Shown here: positions 1 through 8,600 of the stretch, piece after piece
Layout: each line of letters opens with the position of its first letter
How positions within the stretch are numbered: position 1 is the first letter of the stretch
Assembly (NCBI GenBank): GCA_009778695.1
Contig: WRFS01000007.1
Coordinates: 7,753 to 71,752, forward strand
Source of the DNA: Oscillospiraceae bacterium
Lineage (GTDB): Bacteria > Bacillota > Clostridia > TANB77 > CAG-508
Direction of reading: 5' to 3'
DNA: 64,000 nt
Position numbers and translations under genes: made by a program
The notes under the pieces: generated by a model
What the model was told of the DNA's origin: nothing
Database searches by the model: none
What the model saw: the letters and a program-made list of their open reading frames with translations, nothing else

Positions 1-815
1 ATGCAAATAGAGCTATATATGTTCACAACGATATGATAAAAGAGATGAATGTAAGAAAAATTCAGCATGAAGCAACATTAAGATATGCATATAACAATTA
101 TGATAAAGTTGTATTAGTAACAGAAGACATGAAGGAGCCTACATTGTTTTTCGCCAAGAATGCAGATAACTTTTATGTAGGAAGAAATGTAATTGCATAT
201 AAAGAAATAATAGAAAAAGCCAATAAACCAGTAGAATTTGATAAAAATACAGAATGTAATGTTTCCATAGATAAATTAGTTGAAATATTAGAAAATACAG
301 AATGTAAAAAATTTATAAACATAGGTAGATTTTCACCAGAAAAAGGACATTTTAGATTAATAAATATGTTTAATAGTTTATATTTACAAAACAAGGATAT
401 ATATTTAATTATAATTGGGGGACATGGAGTACTATACCAAGAAACTCTTAATCTTGTTAGTAGTTTAGAATCAAAAGATAATATCATTATTATAAAATAC
501 ATGAGCAATCCATATACAGTGCTCAAAAAGGCAGATTACTTTGTTTTATCATCATTGTATGAAGGATTTGGAATAGTTATTGCAGAAGCAGATGTTTTAA
601 ATAAACCTTTGATAGTAACTGATATTGTGGGTTCAAGTAAATTTGTAAAAAAACATAATGGACAAGTTGTTGAAAATTCCGAAGAAGGAATATTTAAAGG
701 AATGCAGTTATTATTAAATGGCAAAGTAAAACCAATGAATATAGATTTTGAACAATATAATAAAGAAGCAGTAGAAGAATTTGAAGCAATTTTTGAAAAA
801 ATAATAAAGAAATAG
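1..815 (+). CDS. Glycosyltransferase (GT-B/GT4-like), C-terminal part; 5' end lies upstream of the window
   Basis: Frame of ORF 33..815 has no stop back to nt 3. C-terminal GT4-like region (FSPEKGH, SSLYEGFGIVIAEA). Directly precedes tagD-tagG-tagH. Confidence 0.7.
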   Translation, partial: ANRAIYVHNDMIKEMNVRKIQHEATLRYAYNNYDKVVLVTEDMKEPTLFFAKNADNFYVGRNVIAYKEIIEKANKPVEFDKNTECNVSIDKLVEILENTECKKFINIGRFSPEKGHFRLINMFNSLYLQNKDIYLIIIGGHGVLYQETLNLVSSLESKDNIIIIKYMSNPYTVLKKADYFVLSSLYEGFGIVIAEADVLNKPLIVTDIVGSSKFVKKHNGQVVENSEEGIFKGMQLLLNGKVKPMNIDFEQYNKEAVEEFEAIFEKIIKK

Positions 816-826
816 GAGTGGTTAGT

Positions 827-1258
827 GTGAAAAGAATTTTAACATATGGAACATACGATTTGTTACATTATGGTCATATTCGATTATTAAAAAGAGCAAA
901 AGCAATGGGAGATTATTTAGTTGTTGCATTATCAACAGATGATTTTAATATTTTAAAAGGGAAAAAAGCATATCATGACTACGAAACAAGAAAAAATATG
1001 TTGGAAGCTTTAAGATATGTTGATTTAGTAATCCCAGAAGAAAATTGGGAACAAAAAGCAGACGATATAAAAAAATATCATATAGATACAGTTGTGATGG
1101 GTGGAGATTGGGCTGGTAGTGATAAATTTGAATATTTAAAAGAGCATTGTGATTTAGTTTATTTGGACAGAACGGAAGGTGTTTCAACTACAAAGATTAA
1201 GGAAGATTTGAACTTGCCAGGAGAAGATGAAGGTCTGGGCCCACTATTAAAAGTATAA
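827..1258 (+). CDS. tagD: Glycerol-3-phosphate cytidylyltransferase
   Basis: TYGTYDLLHYGHIRLLKRAK carries the cytidylyltransferase HxGH motif; size about 140 aa. AGGAG at 814-818 favours GTG 827 over the in-frame GTG 818. Confidence 0.88.
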   Translation: MKRILTYGTYDLLHYGHIRLLKRAKAMGDYLVVALSTDDFNILKGKKAYHDYETRKNMLEALRYVDLVIPEENWEQKADDIKKYHIDTVVMGGDWAGSDKFEYLKEHCDLVYLDRTEGVSTTKIKEDLNLPGEDEGLGPLLKV

Positions 1259-1282
1259 GAAAAGGATTAAAAAGGGGAAAAC

Positions 1283-2089
1283 ATGTCAACATTAATTACG
1301 ATAATAAAAGAACATATATCATATAGAAGTCAAATTGTAAGATTAGCTAGGGCGGATTTAATTAAAACATACAGAGGAGCTGCTCTTGGATGGTTTTGGG
1401 CCATTATAAAGCCTGCAGTAACAATATTTGTATATTGGTTTGCATTTGAGATAGGATTAAGAGTTTCAGGGATGGTTGATAATTATCCATTTTTTTTATG
1501 GTTAATAGCAGGTATCTTACCATGGTTTTATATGAGTGATATGATAACGTTAGGAACAGATTGTGTTAGAAAAAACTCGCATTTGGTTACAAAAATGAAA
1601 TTTCCTGTTTCAGTAATACCAACATTTACAAATGTATCTAAAATGATTATTGAATTCTTGTTAATAATTATAACAATGATAATCTTTTTAGCTATGGGAT
1701 ATCCTCTAACTATATACATGATACAACTGCCAATATACATAATACTAATGTTTGTATTCTTTAATTGTTGGGCGTTATTTGCATCGTTTATTGCAGCAAT
1801 GAGCAAAGACTTCTCAAACCTCGTAAAATCCTTTGTAACAGCAGTATTTTGGTTGTCTGGAGTAATATGGAATGTAGACAATATCCATTCGCGAGCATTA
1901 AAATTGTTTTTAGATATCAATCCTGTAACATACATTACAACTGGGTTTAGAAATTGCTTTTTAGGACAAAAATGGTTTTTTCAAGAGCCCAAAGGAATGA
2001 TAGCATTTTTAATAATAACAGTAATAATGCTGATATTGGGATTATGGAGCTATAAAAAACTATACAAGGAAATTCCAGATGTGCTATAG
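1283..2089 (+). CDS. tagG: Teichoic-acid/polysaccharide ABC-2 type export permease
   Basis: 268 aa with about six hydrophobic segments, directly upstream of the cognate ATPase and downstream of tagD. Confidence 0.8.
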   Translation: MSTLITIIKEHISYRSQIVRLARADLIKTYRGAALGWFWAIIKPAVTIFVYWFAFEIGLRVSGMVDNYPFFLWLIAGILPWFYMSDMITLGTDCVRKNSHLVTKMKFPVSVIPTFTNVSKMIIEFLLIIITMIIFLAMGYPLTIYMIQLPIYIILMFVFFNCWALFASFIAAMSKDFSNLVKSFVTAVFWLSGVIWNVDNIHSRALKLFLDINPVTYITTGFRNCFLGQKWFFQEPKGMIAFLIITVIMLILGLWSYKKLYKEIPDVL

Positions 2090-2136
2090 ATAAATTGCAT
2101 GAAATCAGCAAATGTGTATTTCAAGGAGGGTGAAAT

Positions 2137-2871
2137 TTGAAAGAAGTTATAAAATTCGAACATGTAACAAAGATATATAAGCTTTATAGAAATGATAAAG
2201 CAAGGCTAAAAGGAATATTTTTTAAAAACACAAAACATACTGAAAAAAAAGCAGTAGACGATGTCTCTTTTTCAATAAAAAAGGGAGAAGCGGTAGCTAT
2301 TTTTGGTAAAAATGGAGCTGGTAAATCTACAATATTAAAGATGATAACTGGAGTAACATACCCTAATAATGGGAAAATTAAAGTAGAAGGCAGAGTTAGT
2401 GCATTATTAGAACTAACATCTGGGTTTGATCCAGAATTTACAGGAAGAGAGAATATTTACCTAAAAGGACAAATTCTTGGAATAAGTAATGATGAAATTG
2501 AGGGGTTAGAGCCTACAATAATTGATTTTGCTGATATTGGGGAGGAATATATTGACCAACCTGTTAGAACATATTCAAGCGGAATGAAGGCAAGATTAGG
2601 CTTTGCCATTAATGCAAATATAAATCCCGAAATATTAATAGTTGATGAAGCATTAAGTGTTGGAGATGAAAAATTTAAAAACAAGTGCTTAAAAAAAGTA
2701 AACGAAATTGTTAATAAAGAACACGTAACATTACTTTTTGTTACACACGCAACAGAAACAGCACAATCATTTTGCGAAAGAGGGATAGTATTAAAACATG
2801 GCAAGTTAATTTATGATGCACCAATAAACGAGGCGGCAGAAATGTATAGAAAAGAAGTATTAGAGTTGTAA
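2137..2871 (+). CDS. tagH: Teichoic-acid/polysaccharide export ABC ATP-binding protein
   Basis: Walker A GKNGAGKST, signature YSSGMKARL, Walker B ILIVDEAL. TTG start after GGAGGG. Confidence 0.85.
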   Translation: MKEVIKFEHVTKIYKLYRNDKARLKGIFFKNTKHTEKKAVDDVSFSIKKGEAVAIFGKNGAGKSTILKMITGVTYPNNGKIKVEGRVSALLELTSGFDPEFTGRENIYLKGQILGISNDEIEGLEPTIIDFADIGEEYIDQPVRTYSSGMKARLGFAINANINPEILIVDEALSVGDEKFKNKCLKKVNEIVNKEHVTLLFVTHATETAQSFCERGIVLKHGKLIYDAPINEAAEMYRKEVLEL

Positions 2872-2885
2872 ATGGAGGTAAGATT

Positions 2886-5624
2886 TTGGAACAAGATGAT
2901 GAAAACTATAAATATAAATTTTCAGTAATTATACCAATTTATAATGTTGAAAAATATCTGAAAGAAGCCATAGATAGTGTTATAAAACAGACCATTGGAT
3001 TTAAGAAAAATATACAAATTATTTTAATAAATGATGGAAGCCCAGACAACAGCGAGGCTATTTGTGAAGAATATGTTGAAAAATATCCTGACAATATTAT
3101 ATACATAAAACAAAAAAATGCAGGGGTTAGTGCTGCAAGAAATAATGGAATGCAATATATTGAAGGTAAATATGTAAGCTTTTTAGATGCAGATGATAAA
3201 TGGGAGAAGACTGTGTTTAAAAAAGCTTATAAAATGTTTGAAAAAAATGAAGATGTGGATGTAATTGGAGTTAGAATAAAATTTTTTGAAGCATCAAATA
3301 AATTTCATTATTTAGATTATAAGTTTAATAGAGATAAAGTAATAAATATTTTAAAAGAATATAATCATCTTCAGCTAGCTGTTACATCAGCGTTATTTAA
3401 AGCATCAGCGATTAAAGATGTAAGGTATGACGAAAAATTAAAATATGCCGAAGATTCAAAATTCATTTTTAATGTTTTAATTAAAAAGTGTAATTTGGGA
3501 ATTATTGCATCTGCCAAACATTTATATAGAAAAAGATATTCTGATGATTCGGCAATACAAAGAAAGAAACAAGACTTTAGTTGGTGTACAGTTGTACCGT
3601 ATAATTGTTATAAATATGCATATGAAAAATCAATAGAAAAATTTGGGAAAGTGATTTCTTATGTTCAATATTATGTTGCAAATGAATATTATTGGGCTCT
3701 TAAAGAATATAAACCGGGGATTTTAGACGAAGAGACCTTACATAAATATTTCGAAGTTACGAAAGAATTATTTAAAGGGATAGAAGACAAAATAATTACA
3801 GATAGGTTATTTTCTGATTATTTATATAGAACTTACTTCCTATCTTTAAAACATAAAAAAGATATAACAAAAGAATTAATAGTTCAGAATAATAAACTGT
3901 ATTACTATGATTCTTGTGTATATGATTTTGGTATTAATGATAATAATAAGATTCTTGTAATAAATAATTTAAATTATGAAAATGATGAATTAACCTTTGA
4001 AGGTCAAGTGGGTTGTAATATTCCAAGAAATATGTATAAGATGTATGCAATTACCAGTGAAAAAAAATATGAAGTGAACTTATACGAAACAAATTTAGAC
4101 AATAAGTATGGATTTGATGATATATTGTACGGACGTAAATACGGGTTTAATATCACTTTACCAATAAATATAAAACAAATTAAATTTGTATTGGAGCTAA
4201 AAGAAAAAGGGAGTATTTCATTACCTTTAAATTTCACTACAAATTCAAGATTAACAAGAAGTAGAATAAATTATACTATTAGGGGAGAAAAATTGCTTTA
4301 TGTGAAAAGTCCAGTTATACAGCTTATTAATAAAAAAGGAAATGTAATTAAATTTAAATTTTTATATGCTTTGCAATTATTAGCAAAGGCTAAATTTAAA
4401 GTTTTATTTACAAGAAGCTTATATTATATATTAAAACCATTTTATAGAAAAGAAATATGGATAATATCTGATAGACGTAATACAGCTGGGGATAACGGAA
4501 TGCACTTATTTAAATATTTGTGTGAAAAAGAAAAGTCAAAAAATATACAACCATATTTTACTGTTGATAAGAATTCGGTTGATTATGGGAAGATGAAACA
4601 AATTGGGAAAACCGTTGCTATCAATTCGTTAATGTACAAATTATTATTTTTGATGTCGGAGAAATTTATTTCTTCTCAAGCGGATAATTGGGCTTTTGAT
4701 ACTTTTGGAGATGATGAGATTTATTATAGAAATTTACTTAAATTTGATTTTATATTTTTACAACATGGAATTACACATAATGATGTATCAAGCTGGTTGC
4801 ATAAATTAAAAAAGAATATAAAAAAATTTATTACTGCTTCAGAACTAGAGTATAATTCAATAGTTAATGGTTCTTATGGATACACAAGTAGAGAAGTAGT
4901 TTTAACAGGATTTCCAAGGTATGATAATTTATTAGATGAAAAAGAAAATATAATCGCAATTATGCCAACATGGAGATCAAACTTAGTTGGTAAGTATGAT
5001 AAAACTGCAATGATAAGGGAGTATAATAAACTATTTGTTAAATCAGATTACTTTAAATTCTTTAGCGAATTATTAAGAGATAGAAAATTAATTGAAAAAT
5101 TAGAGAGATATGGATATAAAATAGAATTTGTGCTTCATCCAGCTACTTTAACTCAAGTAGTTGACTTTAAAAATATTGAAAATGAGTATATAAGTATTTT
5201 AAAAGAGGGTATTGATTACCAAGAAATATTTAAAAAATCCGCATTACTAGTAACAGATTATTCAAGCGTAGCTTTTGATTTTGCTTATTTAAGGAAGCCA
5301 GTTATGTATAGTCAATTTGATTTTGAGGCGTTTTATGCACAACATGTGCATGATAAGGGTTATTTTGATTATGCAAGAGACGGATTTGGACCAGTTACGG
5401 ACACATACGAAGATACCATAAATAAAATAATTGGGTTTATAGAAAACGATTGTAAAATAGATGATATGTATTTAGAAAGAATAAATAAATTTTATAAATT
5501 TAATGATCGAAATAATTGCAAAAGAGTATATGATGCAATTTTGAATGATAAACAAATTGATATAAAGGAGAAAAATTATGCAAAAACAAATAACACAAAC
5601 AATCGCCAACGAATTAAACATTAA
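2886..5624 (+). CDS. Bifunctional GT2 glycosyltransferase / CDP-glycerol glycerophosphotransferase (TagF/TarF-like)
   Basis: N-terminal GT2 signature (FSVIIPIYNVEKYL, LDADD). C-terminal half has TagB/TagF-type motifs (FLQHGI, PTWR, VLHP). 912 aa. Confidence 0.75.
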   Translation: MEQDDENYKYKFSVIIPIYNVEKYLKEAIDSVIKQTIGFKKNIQIILINDGSPDNSEAICEEYVEKYPDNIIYIKQKNAGVSAARNNGMQYIEGKYVSFLDADDKWEKTVFKKAYKMFEKNEDVDVIGVRIKFFEASNKFHYLDYKFNRDKVINILKEYNHLQLAVTSALFKASAIKDVRYDEKLKYAEDSKFIFNVLIKKCNLGIIASAKHLYRKRYSDDSAIQRKKQDFSWCTVVPYNCYKYAYEKSIEKFGKVISYVQYYVANEYYWALKEYKPGILDEETLHKYFEVTKELFKGIEDKIITDRLFSDYLYRTYFLSLKHKKDITKELIVQNNKLYYYDSCVYDFGINDNNKILVINNLNYENDELTFEGQVGCNIPRNMYKMYAITSEKKYEVNLYETNLDNKYGFDDILYGRKYGFNITLPINIKQIKFVLELKEKGSISLPLNFTTNSRLTRSRINYTIRGEKLLYVKSPVIQLINKKGNVIKFKFLYALQLLAKAKFKVLFTRSLYYILKPFYRKEIWIISDRRNTAGDNGMHLFKYLCEKEKSKNIQPYFTVDKNSVDYGKMKQIGKTVAINSLMYKLLFLMSEKFISSQADNWAFDTFGDDEIYYRNLLKFDFIFLQHGITHNDVSSWLHKLKKNIKKFITASELEYNSIVNGSYGYTSREVVLTGFPRYDNLLDEKENIIAIMPTWRSNLVGKYDKTAMIREYNKLFVKSDYFKFFSELLRDRKLIEKLERYGYKIEFVLHPATLTQVVDFKNIENEYISILKEGIDYQEIFKKSALLVTDYSSVAFDFAYLRKPVMYSQFDFEAFYAQHVHDKGYFDYARDGFGPVTDTYEDTINKIIGFIENDCKIDDMYLERINKFYKFNDRNNCKRVYDAILNDKQIDIKEKNYAKTNNTNNRQRIKH

Positions 5625-7824
5625 CGAATCGCAAGTAAAAAGCACGGTAGCTTTAATCGATGATGGAAACACAATTCCATTCATTGCACGTTATAGAAAA
5701 GAAGCAACGGGGGGATTAAGCGATGAAACATTGAGAAATCTATATGACAGATTAACATATTTACGAAATTTAGAAGAACGAAAAGCCGAAGTTTCAAGGT
5801 TAATCGAAGAACAAGGCAAGCTCACAGAAGAGCTTCAAAAAGCAATTGAAAACGCAATTACTTTAGCCGAAATAGAAGATATTTATAGGCCATATAAGCA
5901 AAAAAAGAGAACGAGAGCTACAATTGCAAAAGAAAAAGGATTAGAGCCACTTGCTACTATTATTTATGAACAAACAGAAACAACACCATTAAATAAAATT
6001 GCAGAGCAATTCTTAAACCCAGAAAAAGAAGTAAATACGGTTGAAGAGGCGATTGCTGGGGCATTAGATATTATTGCAGAAAATATTTCGGATGAGGCAA
6101 GATTTAGAAAAAACATCAAAAGTATGTGTTTTAGAGAAGCGGTTATTTGGGCGAAAGCAGCAAAAGAAGAAAAGTCTGTATATGAGATGTATTATGATTA
6201 TTCTGAGGCGATTTTAAGAATGCCAAGCCATAGAATTTTAGCAATAAACAGAGGTGAAAAAGAAGAATTTTTAAAAGTAAAATTAGAAAAACCAGAAGAA
6301 AAAATTATAGAAATGATTGAAAATTACATAATTAAAAAAGATAATAATCAATTTACGAACATATTAAAAGACACTATTTTAGATAGTTACAAGAGATTAA
6401 TCGAACCATCTATTGAGAGGGAAATAAGAGCAGACTTAACAGAAAAGGCAGAGGAGAAAGCAATAAAGGTGTTTGGACAAAATGCAAAACAGCTATTGCT
6501 TCAACCACCTATGAAAAATGTTAGAGTAATTGGATTCGACCCAGCATATAGAACGGGATGCAAAATAGCTGTAATAGACGAAACAGGCAAAGTTTTGGAT
6601 ACTAATACAATTTATCCAACAGAGCCTCAAAATGATGTTATCGGTGCGAAAAAGACATTGCTTGGATTAATAAATAAGCATAAAGTAAATATAATTGCTA
6701 TTGGGAATGGTACAGCTTCTAGGGAATCTGAACAATTCGTTTCAGAGGTGTTAAAAGAATGCAAAGAAAAAGTATATTACGCAATTGTAAGTGAAGCTGG
6801 GGCTTCAGTTTATTCAGCATCAAAGCTGGCAACAGAGGAATATCCGGATATAAACGTTTCAATAAGAGGTGCTATTTCAATAGCTAGAAGGTTGCAAGAC
6901 CCATTAGCTGAATTGGTAAAAATAGACCCAAAAGCAATAGGTGTAGGGCAATACCAACATGACGTGAATCAAAAAACTTTATCTGAAAGCTTAACTGGAG
7001 TGGTAGAAGATGCAGTAAATTCAGTAGGCGTTGATGTAAACACAGCAACTCCATCACTACTTACATATGTAGCTGGAATAAATTCAGGCATTGCAAAAAA
7101 TATAGTAATGTATAGAGATGAAAATGGAAAATTTACTGAACGAAAACAGTTGTTAAAAGTAGCTAAATTAGGCAAAAGTGCATTTGAACAATGTGCAGGT
7201 TTTACAAGGATATTTGGTGGTAAAAATTTATTAGAAATGACAGCAGTTCATCCAGAAAGTTATAAGGCAACAGAACAATTACTAAGCAAATTGGGTTACA
7301 CCGTGAAGGATTTGGAAGATAAAGAAAAATTCGAACAATTAAAAGGGTCATTAAAAAATTTGTTACCCGTAGGGGCGAGCATTGCTCGTCCGAACGTAAC
7401 AAATTCAGGCGTGACGAATTCAGGCATGACAAATCCGGACGAGCAATGCTCGCCCCTACAAGAAACGGCAGAAGAATTAGGTATAGGCGAGATGACATTG
7501 TCTGATATTATAAACGAATTATTAAAACCAGGGCGTGATCCAAGAGAGAGTTCACCTAAACCAATATTAAGGGCAGACATATTAAAGTTTGAAGATTTAA
7601 GAGAAGGCATGGTGTTAAATGGAACCGTAAGAAATGTAATTGATTTTGGTGCATTTGTGGATATTGGCGTAAAAAATGATGGCTTAGTACATATTTCTGA
7701 ATTAGCAGACAAATACGTAAAAAGCCCATCAGAGATTGTTTCTGTTGGAGATGTGGTAAAGGTGAAAGTTATTGGATTGGATATGGATAGGCACAAGGTA
7801 AAGCTCAGTATGAAAAATGTTTGA
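5578..7824 (+). CDS. tex: Transcription accessory protein Tex (S1 RNA-binding domain protein)
   Basis: IPFIARYRKE N-terminal motif, YqgF-like and HhH regions, C-terminal S1 domain (GMVLNGTVRNVIDFGAFVDIG). RBS AAGGAG. Carries a palindromic insert at 7369-7459. Confidence 0.9.
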   Translation: MQKQITQTIANELNINESQVKSTVALIDDGNTIPFIARYRKEATGGLSDETLRNLYDRLTYLRNLEERKAEVSRLIEEQGKLTEELQKAIENAITLAEIEDIYRPYKQKKRTRATIAKEKGLEPLATIIYEQTETTPLNKIAEQFLNPEKEVNTVEEAIAGALDIIAENISDEARFRKNIKSMCFREAVIWAKAAKEEKSVYEMYYDYSEAILRMPSHRILAINRGEKEEFLKVKLEKPEEKIIEMIENYIIKKDNNQFTNILKDTILDSYKRLIEPSIEREIRADLTEKAEEKAIKVFGQNAKQLLLQPPMKNVRVIGFDPAYRTGCKIAVIDETGKVLDTNTIYPTEPQNDVIGAKKTLLGLINKHKVNIIAIGNGTASRESEQFVSEVLKECKEKVYYAIVSEAGASVYSASKLATEEYPDINVSIRGAISIARRLQDPLAELVKIDPKAIGVGQYQHDVNQKTLSESLTGVVEDAVNSVGVDVNTATPSLLTYVAGINSGIAKNIVMYRDENGKFTERKQLLKVAKLGKSAFEQCAGFTRIFGGKNLLEMTAVHPESYKATEQLLSKLGYTVKDLEDKEKFEQLKGSLKNLLPVGASIARPNVTNSGVTNSGMTNPDEQCSPLQETAEELGIGEMTLSDIINELLKPGRDPRESSPKPILRADILKFEDLREGMVLNGTVRNVIDFGAFVDIGVKNDGLVHISELADKYVKSPSEIVSVGDVVKVKVIGLDMDRHKVKLSMKNV
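7369..7459. repeat. REPIN-like inverted doublet of GTAG-headed GC-rich hairpins, inside the tex coding frame
   Basis: GTAGGGGCGAGCATTGCTCGTCCG (7369-7392) and its exact reverse complement (7436-7459). The spacer holds three 15-nt tandem units (GTAACAAATTCAGGC-like). Confidence 0.9.
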
Positions 7825-7844
7825 AAAATATTAAAAAACGCATT

Positions 7845-7969
7845 GTCATTCTGAGACTTACTTCGTAGTCCAACTTACGAAGAATCTTACTTTATCTATT
7901 TTCATTTGTATACCTACCATTTAGTAAGATTCTTCGTGAGCAAGGCTTTGTGGCAACGCTCAGAATGAC
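7845..7969. repeat. Palindromic element, GTCATTCTGAG...CTCAGAATGAC family, copy 1
   Basis: Termini GTCATTCTGAG (7845-7855) and CTCAGAATGAC (7959-7969); inner arms CGAAGAATCTTAC / GTAAGATTCTTCG. Lies between tex and a convergent small ORF. Confidence 0.85.
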
Positions 7970-7991
7970 ACCTACTTGTTTTTATTCTTAT

Positions 7992-8018
7992 GTAGAGGGC
8001 GTCACGTTTGACACCCTC
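7992..8018. repeat. GTAG-headed GC-rich hairpin (terminator-like)
   Basis: GTAG-AGGGCGTCA-CGTT-TGACACCCTC, a 10-bp stem with one mismatch. The same GAGGGYGTC/GACACCC arms enclose the palindromic elements at 57490 and 58826. Confidence 0.6.
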
Positions 8019-8042
8019 CTTTGATAATTTATATCATGTTAT

Positions 8043-8291
8043 TTAGATATCACAATATGGTGGTCTTGGTTTTGAATGTGCATCTATTACAACCGTATTG
8101 TTTTCTATTTCTAATTGTATTGCAGAACGAGGTAACTCTTCGATTATAGGTTGTAAAAACACTCTTGTAACTAATACTGGTTCAAGCCTTTTTATTCTAG
8201 GCTTTACACAATCTGGTTCACAATGTTTTCTAGTTTCAACTAATACATCATTATCGTTATCTATACTATTTTCATAGTCCATTAAAATCAC
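8043..8291 (-). CDS. Hypothetical small protein (82 aa)
   Basis: Intact ORF, GGAGG about 5 nt upstream of the ATG, no recognisable motif. Confidence 0.4.
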   Translation of the reverse strand: MILMDYENSIDNDNDVLVETRKHCEPDCVKPRIKRLEPVLVTRVFLQPIIEELPRSAIQLEIENNTVVIDAHSKPRPPYCDI

Positions 8292-8404
8292 CTCCGTAAA
8301 AGAAATTTTAAATGAATGAAAATATCATCGATATCGTTGATATTATATAATATGTTAATAATGGTTAAATGGTGCTAATTATACTTTTGTGCGTACAGAC
8401 TACT

Positions 8405-8564
8405 ATTTAACAGTCTAGTCCAAAATTTCCGCCTCTGGAGTATAGTATATCTTTTAAAAAGGCTCCTCCAAGTCTTCGAAGACTCCATGGGCCTCAAAGG
8501 GCTGTCGTTCACCTTTTTAAAAGATATACTATACTCCAGAGGCTATTTTGCTGGAAAGTGTTAA
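8405..8564 (+). repeat. Conserved-loop long hairpin element, copy 1 of 5
   Basis: Inner hairpin 8428-8542: 32-bp stem closing the loop GGCTCCTCCAAG..CTCAAAGGGCTGTCGTTCACC. Outer arms TTTAACA / TGTTAAA. Confidence 0.9.
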
Positions 8565-8585
8565 AGACCCACTAGGGGGTCTTTT
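8564..8585 (+). terminator. Rho-independent terminator-like hairpin immediately after hairpin-element copy 1
   Basis: AGACCC-ACTAGG-GGGTCT followed by TTTTT on the + strand. It also lies just downstream of the minus-strand helicase gene. Confidence 0.45.
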
Positions 8586-8600
8586 TGTACATACATTCTA

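Noticed and set aside
7393-7435. The 15-nt tandem triplet inside the tex REPIN, and the dispersed repeats generally, read as a CRISPR array.
   Set aside because: Only three short, degenerate and contiguous units are present, with no spacers. The other repeat families are dispersed singletons many kb apart. No cas genes are present.
8461-8545. A small peptide encoded in the hairpin core (ATGGGCCTCAAAGGGCTG.. = MGLKGLSFTFLK..).
   Set aside because: The ATG and frame are not conserved: copy 4 uses a different frame, and the peptide ends differ in every copy. There is no consistent RBS, and conservation follows base pairing rather than codons.
8405-8564. The five conserved-loop hairpins interpreted as integron attC sites. 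Some copies have RYYYAAC-like and GTTRRRY-like outer ends, and one pair brackets a single gene.
   Set aside because: In attC sites the R/L boxes are conserved and the central part is variable; here the central loop is conserved. The outer motifs fit in only 2-3 copies, which is easily chance in AT-rich DNA. The elements are dispersed, and no intI-type gene is present.
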